From the IMG/VR virus record IMGVR_UViG_3300030380_003294: a stretch of 64,000 nucleotides of DNA, one strand, 5' to 3'. The translations under genes and the position numbers were made by a program. The DNA comes from a virus. The notes under the pieces are model-generated. The model saw only the letters and a list, made by a program, of their open reading frames with translations, was not told where the DNA came from and ran no database searches. How positions within the stretch are numbered: position 1 is the first letter of the stretch; every line of letters begins with the position of its first letter. Shown here in pieces: positions 8,392 through 17,629 of the stretch.

Positions 8392-8689
8392 CTGTTTGTT
8401 CCTCAGTTTCGGGTTGTTCTTCGTCGGTTACCTCAGGGGTTTCGACGTTTCCTTGTGTAGGTTCTGGGATTTCTTCTGTATTATCAGGAAGTTCATCTGC
8501 GATTTCATCCGCAGCATCCTGAGCAGTGTCATCCAATTCAAAACCCATACTCTGTGCAAATTCAAGTTTTCGTGCTTGAACAGCATCGTATGCAGCAGCA
8601 GATAAGGCATCGTTTACCGAATCAACTGCTTTCGCTTTTTCGTCACCAAAAATTTGATTGACGATCTGTTGTGCGATTTCGCTAGGCAT
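8375..8689 (-). CDS. Small acidic protein between g20 and g21 (position of T4 prohead core proteins gp67/gp68)
   Basis: 104 aa with a very acidic C-terminus; synteny; late box ACTAAATA at 8715-8708. Confidence 0.7.
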   Translation of the reverse strand: MPSEIAQQIVNQIFGDEKAKAVDSVNDALSAAAYDAVQARKLEFAQSMGFELDDTAQDAADEIADELPDNTEEIPEPTQGNVETPEVTDEEQPETEEQTDETDR

Positions 8690-8718
8690 AATAACTCCTA
8701 CTGTATCTATTTAGTAAC

Positions 8719-10311
8719 TTAGAACTCTCCTCTGCGTAAATCACCTGGATCTACCTGCGGAGGTTGTTCTCCACCCTGATCGGGAGGGGCAGCATTAGGG
8801 TCCATAGCAGGATCCATTTCCGCTGCAGGATCAGCAATAACACCAGATTCCATCTCAGATTCAACCTGTTTGTCAATTTCTTTTTGCTCCTGTGCAGTTT
8901 GCTTAAGGATCTGTGTTCTGATATACTCCACGGAGAAGTATTTACCAACATAAGGATCCATTACATTAACCATGTTCATCCTTTCATTACGGATCTCAAT
9001 CTCCTTGAGTTCTGTAAAGTAGTTGTCAGCAATGTAATCATATTGGATATGTTCTTTCATATCCTCCCACTCTTCAAGTGTTACCACACCTTTTAGAATG
9101 AGTTGTGTTTTTAAGAGATCATGGAATAATTCTGAGAATCTCTTACGGAGACGTGCAATAAACTTTTGGAACTTAACTTCATCACGAGTGATTTCCGCTG
9201 CGCGACCAATGTTGAATGTAGTCTCTGTTTCTAATCTTGATGATGGAACGTTGAGTGCTTTGTATAACTTCTTCTGGAAGTACTTGACGTCCTCAAGTTC
9301 TCCAAGATTTTGTCCACCTGGGAGCGTAGTGATTTCAGTTCCTCTACCGCCTTCCCTTCTGGGTAACCAGAAGTCTTCGAGCATAGACATGAACTTCTTA
9401 TCATCTTTGATTTCTCCTGTGTTTGCATCATACACTAACTTGTTACGATACCTACCCATAACTTCACGGAGGTATTGCTCCGCTTTGTTCTTAGGTAAGT
9501 TACCAACGTCAATATAGAAGATACGACGTTCTGGTGCTCTACTCAAACGGTAGATAACCAGAGAGTCTTCAATCATTCGCAGTTGGTTTACTGCTTTGAT
9601 TGCTTTATGTAGGTGCGATAGCACCATGTTCTTATTGAGATCCTGGATACCAGAATGACAATAAGTGATTGAGTCAGGTGCAATCTTCATGCCCTGATTA
9701 GTAGAATTCTTTAAACCCTTAGGGTTGTAGAGATAGTAACTTGCTGATTGCTGTGTAAGTTGTTGATTAAGATCAACACCGCGAAGTTGGTCTGGTTTCT
9801 TTTGTTCGTACTCAGTTACTTTGCGAATCTTACGAGGGTCAATATATCTAAGTTCTACAAGTCCGTCACTGGGATTCTTGGGGTCAATCACCTTATGATA
9901 GAATAATCTACCGTCAACGTACCAACGACGGAAAATTTCATAAGAGCGATTATCAAAATCTAACAGACGAAGAATTTCTTGAAACTCTTCTCTGATTAAC
10001 TTCTTAATCTTATCTGACTGCTTTAAGTTGCTTAATTCAACCTCAACAGGTACATCATCAAAGTTACCACAAATCGTCTCGTTGACGACATCATCTACAG
10101 CACTATCCGCTTCTGGTTGAAGAACCATCTCTCTATAACGAGTGATTAGTTCATATTCATTACGAATAGTCCCATCAAAATCTACAGAGTATCCATAGTA
10201 ACCGCCACCGACAATCGGTTGCGATCCATCCATACTATCCTTCTGAACAAAAGAAGGTCCCTTAGGAACCTTCTTTGCTCTTTGGAGTGAAAATCCAAAA
10301 AGTTGAGACAT
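8719..10311 (-). CDS. g20: Portal protein gp20
   Basis: FRRWYVDGR, YRLSRAPERRIFYIDVGNLPK, EDFWLPRREGGRGTEITTLPG and EITRDEVKF. Confidence 0.99.
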   Translation of the reverse strand: MSQLFGFSLQRAKKVPKGPSFVQKDSMDGSQPIVGGGYYGYSVDFDGTIRNEYELITRYREMVLQPEADSAVDDVVNETICGNFDDVPVEVELSNLKQSDKIKKLIREEFQEILRLLDFDNRSYEIFRRWYVDGRLFYHKVIDPKNPSDGLVELRYIDPRKIRKVTEYEQKKPDQLRGVDLNQQLTQQSASYYLYNPKGLKNSTNQGMKIAPDSITYCHSGIQDLNKNMVLSHLHKAIKAVNQLRMIEDSLVIYRLSRAPERRIFYIDVGNLPKNKAEQYLREVMGRYRNKLVYDANTGEIKDDKKFMSMLEDFWLPRREGGRGTEITTLPGGQNLGELEDVKYFQKKLYKALNVPSSRLETETTFNIGRAAEITRDEVKFQKFIARLRKRFSELFHDLLKTQLILKGVVTLEEWEDMKEHIQYDYIADNYFTELKEIEIRNERMNMVNVMDPYVGKYFSVEYIRTQILKQTAQEQKEIDKQVESEMESGVIADPAAEMDPAMDPNAAPPDQGGEQPPQVDPGDLRRGEF

Positions 10312-10365
10312 TTTTTAAGATCATTAATGTTCCTGTTTTATTTAGGAACTTTCTAAAAGTTGTTT

Positions 10366-10965
10366 TTAATTGTCAGTTTTGATTTCGCCTTTCGTTGGAG
10401 TCCAGTACTGTACTTGAAGTTCTACGGTAAACTCGGAGATGGCATCATTACTTCCGTAATCAAGATCGATAGCAGAAATATTAGTTGGGAAGCAATCGTA
10501 GAAACGATACTTAGCAATGGGTTTGTGCTTCTTCTCTGCAAGAGGGTTACCAGTGTTACCATCCGCATCGGTTGGAGCAAATCTATCAAACTGAGTGACA
10601 TACATGTCTTTGAAATAAGCAGTATCATCAGAAGCGGAAGTAACGTTCTGAGTGTATGCTTGAATCTTTTCTGCCCATGACTCAAACGCATTACGGAGAA
10701 CGAAATTACTATCGTTCATAACTGTAATAGTCCAAGGTTCAAAGGTTCTGTCTCCTGCAATCTTAAGAACACGACCTCTGTAAGGAACTTCAACAACACC
10801 TACCTGAGTTGCGGGTAAGTTTGCTGCCCTCACGGTAAACGCTCCAAGACTTGCTGCTGCATCACCGCCAGTTACCCCAGTAGGAAAACTCACGTTGCAT
10901 TGGAAGAGGTTAGGTCTAGAAAAGTCACCTCTGACTCTTGATTTAAAAGTTTGAATTCCTGCCAT
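10366..10965 (-). CDS. g19: Tail tube protein gp19
   Basis: RPNLF, VPYRGRVLKIAGDRTFEPWTITVMND and FPTNISAIDLDY. Confidence 0.97.
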   Translation of the reverse strand: MAGIQTFKSRVRGDFSRPNLFQCNVSFPTGVTGGDAAASLGAFTVRAANLPATQVGVVEVPYRGRVLKIAGDRTFEPWTITVMNDSNFVLRNAFESWAEKIQAYTQNVTSASDDTAYFKDMYVTQFDRFAPTDADGNTGNPLAEKKHKPIAKYRFYDCFPTNISAIDLDYGSNDAISEFTVELQVQYWTPTKGEIKTDN

Positions 10966-10978
10966 GATAGGTTAATAT

Positions 10979-11015
10979 AAAACGCTTTGTCCTATTATTT
11001 AGAACAAAGCGTTTT
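10979..11015. terminator. 12-bp inverted repeat between g18 and g19 with a late box (TCTAAATA) in its loop
   Basis: AAAACGCTTTGT (10979-10990) pairs with ACAAAGCGTTTT (11004-11015); minus-strand TCTAAATA at 11003-10996. Confidence 0.6.
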
Positions 11016-11036
11016 TTCAGAGGTTTTTATTTAGTT

Positions 11037-13289
11037 TTAACTTGCGACTTCGCTGAAGGAAACTCCAGTTCTAGTAGCAACGAAGGTTAGAGTAATGTAG
11101 TTGATAGTTCTAGTTGGTTTCACGAAGATCTCAGCATTGAACTCTCCTCTATCTACTGCCTCAGGTGGGTTGTTAGATGCATCGCACTTAACTAAGAAGT
11201 CAGTTACACCACGACGACCTTGTACATCTCTCAAGAATGGTTCAACAATGTTGAGGAAGAGTCCTCTTTGTTGCTCATCATTCTGTTCAAAGAGTTGTGA
11301 CTTAGCAGCAGTAGCAATCACTCTTTCGATTACAAGGAACAGACGTCTAACATTGATTCTGTCGAAGGCAGAAGCGAATGATTGTGCAGTCTTGTCTCCG
11401 AAGAGTACGATACCTTGACCAGGGAAAGAAACGATTGGGTTAACTCTTGCAGAGTAAAGTCTATCACGCTGAGTCTTGTTAGGAGTGAATGCAAGTTTGA
11501 TTGCATTTCTAACTTGACCGCGAGCAAAACCTGCAGGTGAGAACCAAGGTTCAGAAGTTTCAGTAGTCTGTAAGCAAAGACCTGCAACGTCACCATTACA
11601 AGGGATGTAACGATATACGTCGTTGTACTTATCATAGATGTACTTGTAACCAGAATCAAACACCATGTAGTTACTTGAAGGTAACTGATCAAAGAAGTTG
11701 ATAATGTTGTTAGTTTGTAATGCTGCGCTGCTAACACCAATCACGTTTCCTCTACGAGGAGAAACGAATAGCATGCAATCTCTACGCTCTTCAATGATAC
11801 TTACAAGAGAAGCAATTTTAGCAATAGCACCTGCATCATCAGCACCAGAAGGACCTGCTAAGATGAAATCGATTGTCTGTGACTCTGGGTCATCAACCAA
11901 TCCATATGCAGTCGAAAGTTCAGATGAAGTAACAGTATACTCACCACCAGAAAGTGCATAGTCAGCACCGCTTCCGAGGCGATAGTAGAAAGTAGAGTTT
12001 TCATCCGTTCCAAGAGTAACGTCTCCTTGAGGATAGTTTGTAGTACCTGCAGTTGAACGAAGTACGTTAAAGTTTCTACTTGCTGCTGCAAAACCCCAGT
12101 CACCTGCAGAGGCAGATGCGCCTACAGCAAATGTTCCAGTTTCATGTGAACCCCAGAAGATATAAGCAGACTTTTGCTTAATGACTTCAACATAGTAGTT
12201 TGCTTCACCAAGAGAAGATCTACCATCAGATGCTTTAGAAACACCGATGAAACGCTCAAGAACTGCACCAGGTGTACCAGTGATTTTTCCGTCAACGTCA
12301 GTAACTAAGATGTGAAGTTCATCTCTGAATGCTCCTTGAGCAGTTCCGAATGCTGAAGTTCCAGGTCTAGGAGCAACATTCACCCACTTTTGGTTTGGAA
12401 GATACTCACGCTCATCATACTCAACTCTTACTGAACTGATTGAAACAGCAGTAGAGTTTGTATCAGAGATGCTGTCTGCTGCAGCAAAGTCAATACTTCC
12501 TTTGTCTTTTACGATATAAACACGTCTCTCAATACCACCATTTGAAATGATAGCAGTGTTAGAACCCTGAGTAATAGTTTGACCATCGGCAAGAATACCA
12601 GTGATACCACCAGAAGGAAGACCAATCTCAAGTTTCTTATTACCTGCATCCCATGCTAAAACAGTAACTGTTTGTGCAGAACCAGAAATACTAATAGTAG
12701 TTGTAGTACCAGGTACGAAGGTTCCAACAACAGTGTTGACTGAAAGAACAATGCTGTACTTAAATACTTTACCCGCAGCACCAGATGCTGCACTTAATGC
12801 TTCGGAAGATACGAATTCGTGATCGTTACCTGATCCAGGAGCAGGAACAACAGCAATTTGATCAGCACCTGCGTCTGTTACGAACACACCGATTGAGTTA
12901 CCCTTTGCACCAGGAGTTCTTGCTCCCCAGTTCCAGTTGTTACTTGCTGCTTCGTAACTAGTTTCGTAGTCTTGTAAATTCTTAATTTTAGGTGCAGTAC
13001 CTGCGTTTACTGCGTTCTTTAAGTTAGTGCTATCAGCACGGATGGTTTTAAGAACACCACCATATGCTAAGAACTGTGCTGCAGTATACCAGTACTCGAA
13101 GTTATTGTCATTTGGTTCACCAAACTGTGCTACCAGTTCTCTTTCAGAACCAATTTGAATTACCTCTTCAACAGGACCTAACTCAAAAGGTGCTGCGATC
13201 ACACCGACATTCGCGGTAGATAAGGTTGAAATTGTTGTCAGATCTCTTTCCTGGACTACAACTCCAGGTGAGGATTGATTACTTGCCAT
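11037..13289 (-). CDS. g18: Tail sheath protein gp18
   Basis: SPGVVVQERDLT, PWFSPAG, GDKT...SAFDRINVRRLF and FVKPTRTINYITLTF. Confidence 0.98.
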   Translation of the reverse strand: MASNQSSPGVVVQERDLTTISTLSTANVGVIAAPFELGPVEEVIQIGSERELVAQFGEPNDNNFEYWYTAAQFLAYGGVLKTIRADSTNLKNAVNAGTAPKIKNLQDYETSYEAASNNWNWGARTPGAKGNSIGVFVTDAGADQIAVVPAPGSGNDHEFVSSEALSAASGAAGKVFKYSIVLSVNTVVGTFVPGTTTTISISGSAQTVTVLAWDAGNKKLEIGLPSGGITGILADGQTITQGSNTAIISNGGIERRVYIVKDKGSIDFAAADSISDTNSTAVSISSVRVEYDEREYLPNQKWVNVAPRPGTSAFGTAQGAFRDELHILVTDVDGKITGTPGAVLERFIGVSKASDGRSSLGEANYYVEVIKQKSAYIFWGSHETGTFAVGASASAGDWGFAAASRNFNVLRSTAGTTNYPQGDVTLGTDENSTFYYRLGSGADYALSGGEYTVTSSELSTAYGLVDDPESQTIDFILAGPSGADDAGAIAKIASLVSIIEERRDCMLFVSPRRGNVIGVSSAALQTNNIINFFDQLPSSNYMVFDSGYKYIYDKYNDVYRYIPCNGDVAGLCLQTTETSEPWFSPAGFARGQVRNAIKLAFTPNKTQRDRLYSARVNPIVSFPGQGIVLFGDKTAQSFASAFDRINVRRLFLVIERVIATAAKSQLFEQNDEQQRGLFLNIVEPFLRDVQGRRGVTDFLVKCDASNNPPEAVDRGEFNAEIFVKPTRTINYITLTFVATRTGVSFSEVAS

Positions 13290-13335
13290 TGTTTAAAACT
13301 CCTAGATTAGGTCCGTACGTCGGGTTGTCTAGGAT

Positions 13336-13343
13336 TATTTATA
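13336..13343 (-). promoter_or_regulatory. T4-type late promoter TATAAATA (g18)
   Basis: Exact consensus 46 nt upstream of the g18 ATG. Confidence 0.85.
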
Positions 13344-13354
13344 AAAAACGAACT

Positions 13355-15007
13355 CTATCTAAACTCCCACATGTACGACTTGTCTCCATACTCCGCGACT
13401 TTCCAGACATCGCCCTGAGCGTCTGCGAAGTACTCGTCATCCATACCATCAGAAACGAATCCGAAGGGTGACATATCCTGCTCGATTGCATCTCTTTGAT
13501 CTGCATAGATCCGCGCACGCACATCGTTATCGTGCATCTCTTTGAAGTAAGGTTGTGTTGCCATCCATGAGAATATAACCAAACACATTGCTAGGTCATC
13601 GTTACAACCATCCTCCGCTTGGAATGTTTGACCCTTTGCAATGAATGTAGTTAGTTCTGCAATAGTATCGTAGTCTGGAATGACTAGTTTATCTTCTTCG
13701 ATTAATGCTTTAAGGTTTGAACATCCAACTTGCTTTGTGGCAGTTGACATCTTGATACCCAGTTGAGTCTTCTTACCAGAGAATCCTTGACCTAATTGTT
13801 GTCCTGCTCTACCACGCATAGATGCCATGAGTAAATTCTCATACTCCAGATCATATTGAATGATATCCGCAACCTGTCCACCAATATCATTTACCTCACA
13901 TAGAATGTATGCGTTATTGTAATTCTTTGCCACGTCTACTACAATGTTTGGTAAGACGATGGGTTTTACTTCATTATTCTTATATCTAGCAACTAATCTA
14001 TATGGTAACTCTGACGTATCAAATACTGTAAATGCTGAATAGTCATGTCCTACACCACGAGACACGTCTACAGTTAATATGTAATCATGCTCTGGTATAA
14101 CCTGTTCAAACAGTGCAAGACCTCTATTCTCTTTGATAGGATCATGATATGCCATGGTCCTGAGTTTACTAGGACTAATCAATGTATCAACAGATCCTAA
14201 GAACTCACACTCAAACTCAACTTTAAACTGTGCTTCAGATGTGTTCTTGATTGTTTGTTCTTTCCAAACCTCATCTCTTCCAGGAACTTGTGACCAATGA
14301 ACCTCTGTAGGAACGTATTCATTTTGATTACGCTCTGCATCGTGCCACAATTTATAGAACATATTCATCCCGTGAGGGGTAGAAATGATAATAACCTTTG
14401 TGGACTTACCAGAAGAAATAGTAGGATAGACAGAACTGAAAAACTGGTCAGCAATATGATTCGGAACGAACGCGAATTCGTCCAGAAATATAACGTTAAA
14501 GGACATACCCCGAACAGCACTAGCAGAAGTAGAAGCAGCGAGGATTTTACTTCCGTTCTCCAGTTCGAGTGACCCTTTGTTCCAACCGAGAATACCTTGT
14601 TGCAACCATTTAGGGAGATTCTCATAAGAAAGTTGTAAGCGTCCCAACATCTCTCTTGCAGTTGCTGCTTTGTTTGCGAGGATTGCGACATTTACGTTAT
14701 CATTGAATAGTACATACCATAGTAGATATGCTGTAACGATTGTAGATTTACCTGACTGTCTTGGTAACTTAGCAATATTAAATCTATTATCATGGAACTT
14801 TGATACCATGTCCTCTTGGAAGTCATACATTTTAAATGGTATGACACCTTCATCAAGAGAAACGATTTTGATATACTTTCGGATAAAGTAAACAGGATTC
14901 TCAGCGCACTTCAAATACTCAGCAATCTGTTTCTTCGTAAAGTTCGTAGAAACATTTGCCTTTTTAAGATTAGGATTACCTAAGTAGATTTCCTGTTTAA
15001 CTGCCAT
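13355..15007 (-). CDS. g17: Terminase large subunit gp17
   Basis: YLGNPNLK, LPRQSGKST (Walker A), IFLDEFAF (Walker B), IIISTPHG, VDVSRG and NDDLAM. Confidence 0.99.
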   Translation of the reverse strand: MAVKQEIYLGNPNLKKANVSTNFTKKQIAEYLKCAENPVYFIRKYIKIVSLDEGVIPFKMYDFQEDMVSKFHDNRFNIAKLPRQSGKSTIVTAYLLWYVLFNDNVNVAILANKAATAREMLGRLQLSYENLPKWLQQGILGWNKGSLELENGSKILAASTSASAVRGMSFNVIFLDEFAFVPNHIADQFFSSVYPTISSGKSTKVIIISTPHGMNMFYKLWHDAERNQNEYVPTEVHWSQVPGRDEVWKEQTIKNTSEAQFKVEFECEFLGSVDTLISPSKLRTMAYHDPIKENRGLALFEQVIPEHDYILTVDVSRGVGHDYSAFTVFDTSELPYRLVARYKNNEVKPIVLPNIVVDVAKNYNNAYILCEVNDIGGQVADIIQYDLEYENLLMASMRGRAGQQLGQGFSGKKTQLGIKMSTATKQVGCSNLKALIEEDKLVIPDYDTIAELTTFIAKGQTFQAEDGCNDDLAMCLVIFSWMATQPYFKEMHDNDVRARIYADQRDAIEQDMSPFGFVSDGMDDEYFADAQGDVWKVAEYGDKSYMWEFR

Positions 15008-15231
15008 TAATCTCTGTCAATATTCAACTGGTGGTATTGGTGTTCCAATAAACCTTTATAAAGAATGTCTCTCATTACAAACATTGCTTGCTGTTCCTCA
15101 GGATCACCACCTGCCCAGTTTTGCAATGATTTTTCTACACAACTGTGGAGTAACCTAAGGTCTTGATGATATAGTTTCAAATGGTAATCATGATCATCTA
15201 GTTCATCAAATTCTGGTTGATCGTCAATCAT
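15007..15231 (-). CDS. Hypothetical protein (74 aa)
   Basis: Coupled to both neighbours by overlaps; W.GGDPEEQ motif. Confidence 0.7.
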   Translation of the reverse strand: MIDDQPEFDELDDHDYHLKLYHQDLRLLHSCVEKSLQNWAGGDPEEQQAMFVMRDILYKGLLEHQYHQLNIDRD

Positions 15232-15440
15232 TGATTCTTTTTGTTAAAGTACTTGTTTATGACGTCTATCTGATCTTGGTATTTTGCAATTATATTCAAT
15301 TCAGTTTCAATCGCTTCTGTAATATCCGAGTGTTCTCCGATACCTGCAGGATTGGTTAAATAAACTTCTACGTTTGCAACATGCTTTTGAATATCTCCAT
15401 GTGCATGTGCAAGTAATGCTTTAATTAATTGCTCCCTCAT
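15228..15440 (-). CDS. Conserved hypothetical protein (70 aa)
   Basis: Start re-assigned to the ATG at 15440 (ATGA overlap with the pcyA stop); HVANVEVYLTNPAGIGEHSDI motif. Confidence 0.75.
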   Translation of the reverse strand: MREQLIKALLAHAHGDIQKHVANVEVYLTNPAGIGEHSDITEAIETELNIIAKYQDQIDVINKYFNKKNQ

Positions 15441-16192
15441 AATTTTGGTTTGTCGAATAATACCTGTTCTATATAGGTATTTGCCCAAGAGGTATCAAAC
15501 CACTGGGATAACACTGCTCTTGTTTTAGTGTTCTTTCTTTGTTGATTTACATAATAAAGTTGGTCATCATAACGTCTCAGTACATCCAACCACTCCATGT
15601 CTTCCTGAGATTCTCTGACCATCTGAGTGTATATCTTTATGTATTCCTTAGTACACTCATAGAACTTGTCAATTTCGCTACCGTTTTTCAATCTTTGAAA
15701 TTTGCAGTACGGTGAAAAGACATCACCCCACTCTGGTAAATGCCTTGGTTCAAAGTTATATTGATTACTTACATCACGAATGTCATCGTACATGTAGTCT
15801 AATTGTTTATGAAAGGGAGAGATATCTACAATAGCAGCAGTGACATTACCATTTGCAACTACAATATCACACCCAAAGACAGGTAGATCATATGAAGGAT
15901 CTGGCCAAAAGACAGAGTGAAGTATCTCTACATTAGGTGTGATTGCTCGTTCTAAATGTATGCGTCTCAATCCTTGACAAGTCCATAGACGATTGACTAT
16001 AGTCACACCATCTTTATGAACCTCAGAGTAATCTGAAACAACTTCCTCACATTTAGGAAGACCAATAGTTGCTGCCTTGATTAGAAGATCAAGTTTATAG
16101 CATGGTCCCGTGCTGTCTTCTAATCTCTCTAAGTTCGTCAAAGTTTTTTTGTTTGGTACCACCATCATATTCCCAGGCATAACCTTCGTCAA
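15437..16192 (-). CDS. pcyA: Phycocyanobilin:ferredoxin oxidoreductase PcyA (start uncertain)
   Basis: LRRIHLE, ILHSVFWPDPSYDLPVFGCDIV, AAIVDISP, LPEWGDVFS and QQRKNTKTRAVL: a ferredoxin-dependent bilin reductase of the PcyA type. Confidence 0.92.
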   Translation of the reverse strand: MTKVMPGNMMVVPNKKTLTNLERLEDSTGPCYKLDLLIKAATIGLPKCEEVVSDYSEVHKDGVTIVNRLWTCQGLRRIHLERAITPNVEILHSVFWPDPSYDLPVFGCDIVVANGNVTAAIVDISPFHKQLDYMYDDIRDVSNQYNFEPRHLPEWGDVFSPYCKFQRLKNGSEIDKFYECTKEYIKIYTQMVRESQEDMEWLDVLRRYDDQLYYVNQQRKNTKTRAVLSQWFDTSWANTYIEQVLFDKPKL

Positions 16193-16553
16193 TCATTTGT
16201 TCGTTTAGAGACATTTCTGCATCTCCAATATATAACCAACCTAGCAACCTACCATATTTACCGACACCACCTTTTAATTCTGTTCTAATTGAGAGTTCAT
16301 CTTCTCCGTCTATTGCCCCCTCAAGTTTCTCCTTAAGCCAGTTAGTTGCATCGATGCCCAGTTCTTTTTCTTCGAGGTCTCTTGTCCTTTTTTCTGGCGT
16401 ATCAACTCCTGCAACTCTAACTCTTTCTTTCTTGTATAAGTCAAACCCAAGATCAATGGTGACGTCAATAGTATCACCGTCAAGAACACGATTGATCTCC
16501 GTTACTCTGAAGTTGTAACAACTCTTCCTGCTTGGGGGTATCATCGCTGCCAT
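16095..16553 (-). CDS. Staphylococcal-nuclease (thermonuclease)-like protein
   Basis: VLDGDTIDV, RVAGVDTPE, GKYGRLLG and LNEQMIDEGYA. Confidence 0.9.
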   Translation of the reverse strand: MAAMIPPSRKSCYNFRVTEINRVLDGDTIDVTIDLGFDLYKKERVRVAGVDTPEKRTRDLEEKELGIDATNWLKEKLEGAIDGEDELSIRTELKGGVGKYGRLLGWLYIGDAEMSLNEQMIDEGYAWEYDGGTKQKNFDELREIRRQHGTML

Positions 16554-16683
16554 CTTCTAACTCCTTGAATGATAATCTTAGTATATAGACAATATACCAA
16601 GTAGTTATTGCAAGAAGTATTATAAGCATAATAATTACACTCCAAACAGGATCACTTAAGTTTTCATGTGCTTTTAATATCAT
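16480..16683 (-). CDS. Small single-TM hypothetical protein
   Basis: PVWSVIIMLIILLAITTWYIVYIL hydrophobic helix; ATGA overlap with the upstream ORF. Confidence 0.6.
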   Translation of the reverse strand: MILKAHENLSDPVWSVIIMLIILLAITTWYIVYILRLSFKELEDGSDDTPKQEELLQLQSNGDQSCS

Positions 16684-16856
16684 CCTAAGACAGGATCATC
16701 ATCCTCTTTGATACAATATTCAGCAGCATGGGGATTATTAAATTCTGGTATATCTTCCTTCGCTTGATTGATAGCATTGTAAGCATCAATGGCATACTCG
16801 CAGATCTCATAATGATGATTCTGGTTGTCATGCCAACCTACGGTGTAGTGGTGCAT
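16680..16856 (-). CDS. Small His-rich conserved hypothetical protein (58 aa), not in ORF track
   Basis: Manual translation MHHYTVGWHDNQNHHYEICEYAIDAYNAINQAKEDIPEFNNPHAAEYCIKEDDDPVLG; AAGGAG Shine-Dalgarno; late box AATAAATA at 16887-16880. Confidence 0.8.
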   Translation of the reverse strand: MHHYTVGWHDNQNHHYEICEYAIDAYNAINQAKEDIPEFNNPHAAEYCIKEDDDPVLG

Positions 16857-16882
16857 AACTCTCCTTTCTTAGGTCCTATTAT

Positions 16883-17122
16883 TTATTTGGGTTTATGGTC
16901 CTTCATGCCATCATGGTTACCGTCTCCTGGCAAAGCACCAGTAGCGATATAGGTGACAGCATCAACCGACCCCTGTAATCTGGTAAGATCAGAATCAAGT
17001 TTCACATATTCATCATATGCTTCTTTTAATTCTGCTTGTCTAGCAGTAAGTTGTTTGATTCTTTTATCAAAACGTTGTAGTAACTGCTGTGGACTTTCAG
17101 TTTCCTTAGGTCTAATTTTCAT
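16883..17122 (-). CDS. Small coiled-coil hypothetical protein (79 aa)
   Basis: Heptad pattern; ATGA overlap with the PTOX stop; resembles ORF 30167-30397. Confidence 0.7.
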   Translation of the reverse strand: MKIRPKETESPQQLLQRFDKRIKQLTARQAELKEAYDEYVKLDSDLTRLQGSVDAVTYIATGALPGDGNHDGMKDHKPK

Positions 17123-17628
17123 AGTGATAAAACTAATTTCATTGCCTGACGTAGTTCTTCTGCATGTTGCAGTTCATCGTCACGAATCGCCACTATCTTA
17201 GCATCGTCTGGATGACTTGTCAAGTATTGTTCATATGTATGTGCTGCATGGTGCTCGATCTGTTCATTTATGTGATAAGCATTTACTGGATCAACGAGGT
17301 AGTAAACAACCATAATCCAGTAATAAAGCAACACCAAGTGTCTGGCAAACGCTCTATCAACCCAATGGTCTGCACCGCCCCGACGTTCCATTTCCTCCAA
17401 GTGTTCTGTTTCATTTAGAGTTTGTGCAAAATGTTCTTTCATTAAATGTATATGTTCTGGTCCTCGTAAACCTAATGATTCACGAAAATGTAACACACTC
17501 ATAAAAGAGAAATAGGGTGCACGAGCAATCTCCTCAAGCACCCAAAATCTAGGTATGTCTCTCCCCCTGTAGAGATAATCTATGATTGTTACAGTGAGAG
17601 ATAGTATTAAATTGTTGATCCGTTTCAT
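17119..17628 (-). CDS. ptox: Plastoquinol terminal oxidase (PTOX / alternative oxidase family)
   Basis: RFWVLEEIARAPYF, NETEHL (ExxH), EQIEHHAAHTY and IRDDELQH (ExxH) di-iron ligands. Confidence 0.95.
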   Translation of the reverse strand: MKRINNLILSLTVTIIDYLYRGRDIPRFWVLEEIARAPYFSFMSVLHFRESLGLRGPEHIHLMKEHFAQTLNETEHLEEMERRGGADHWVDRAFARHLVLLYYWIMVVYYLVDPVNAYHINEQIEHHAAHTYEQYLTSHPDDAKIVAIRDDELQHAEELRQAMKLVLSL

Positions 17629-17629
17629 T

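Noticed and set aside
750-15007. Possible inteins, introns or homing endonucleases in uvsW, g20, g23 or g17
   Set aside because: The proteins are of normal length and uninterrupted; no splicing, HNH, GIY-YIG or LAGLIDADG motifs were seen.
15441-15488. Longer N-terminus given by the track for ORF 15228-15488
   Set aside because: ATGA coupling at 15437-15440 gives a more plausible start; the extension lies within pcyA.
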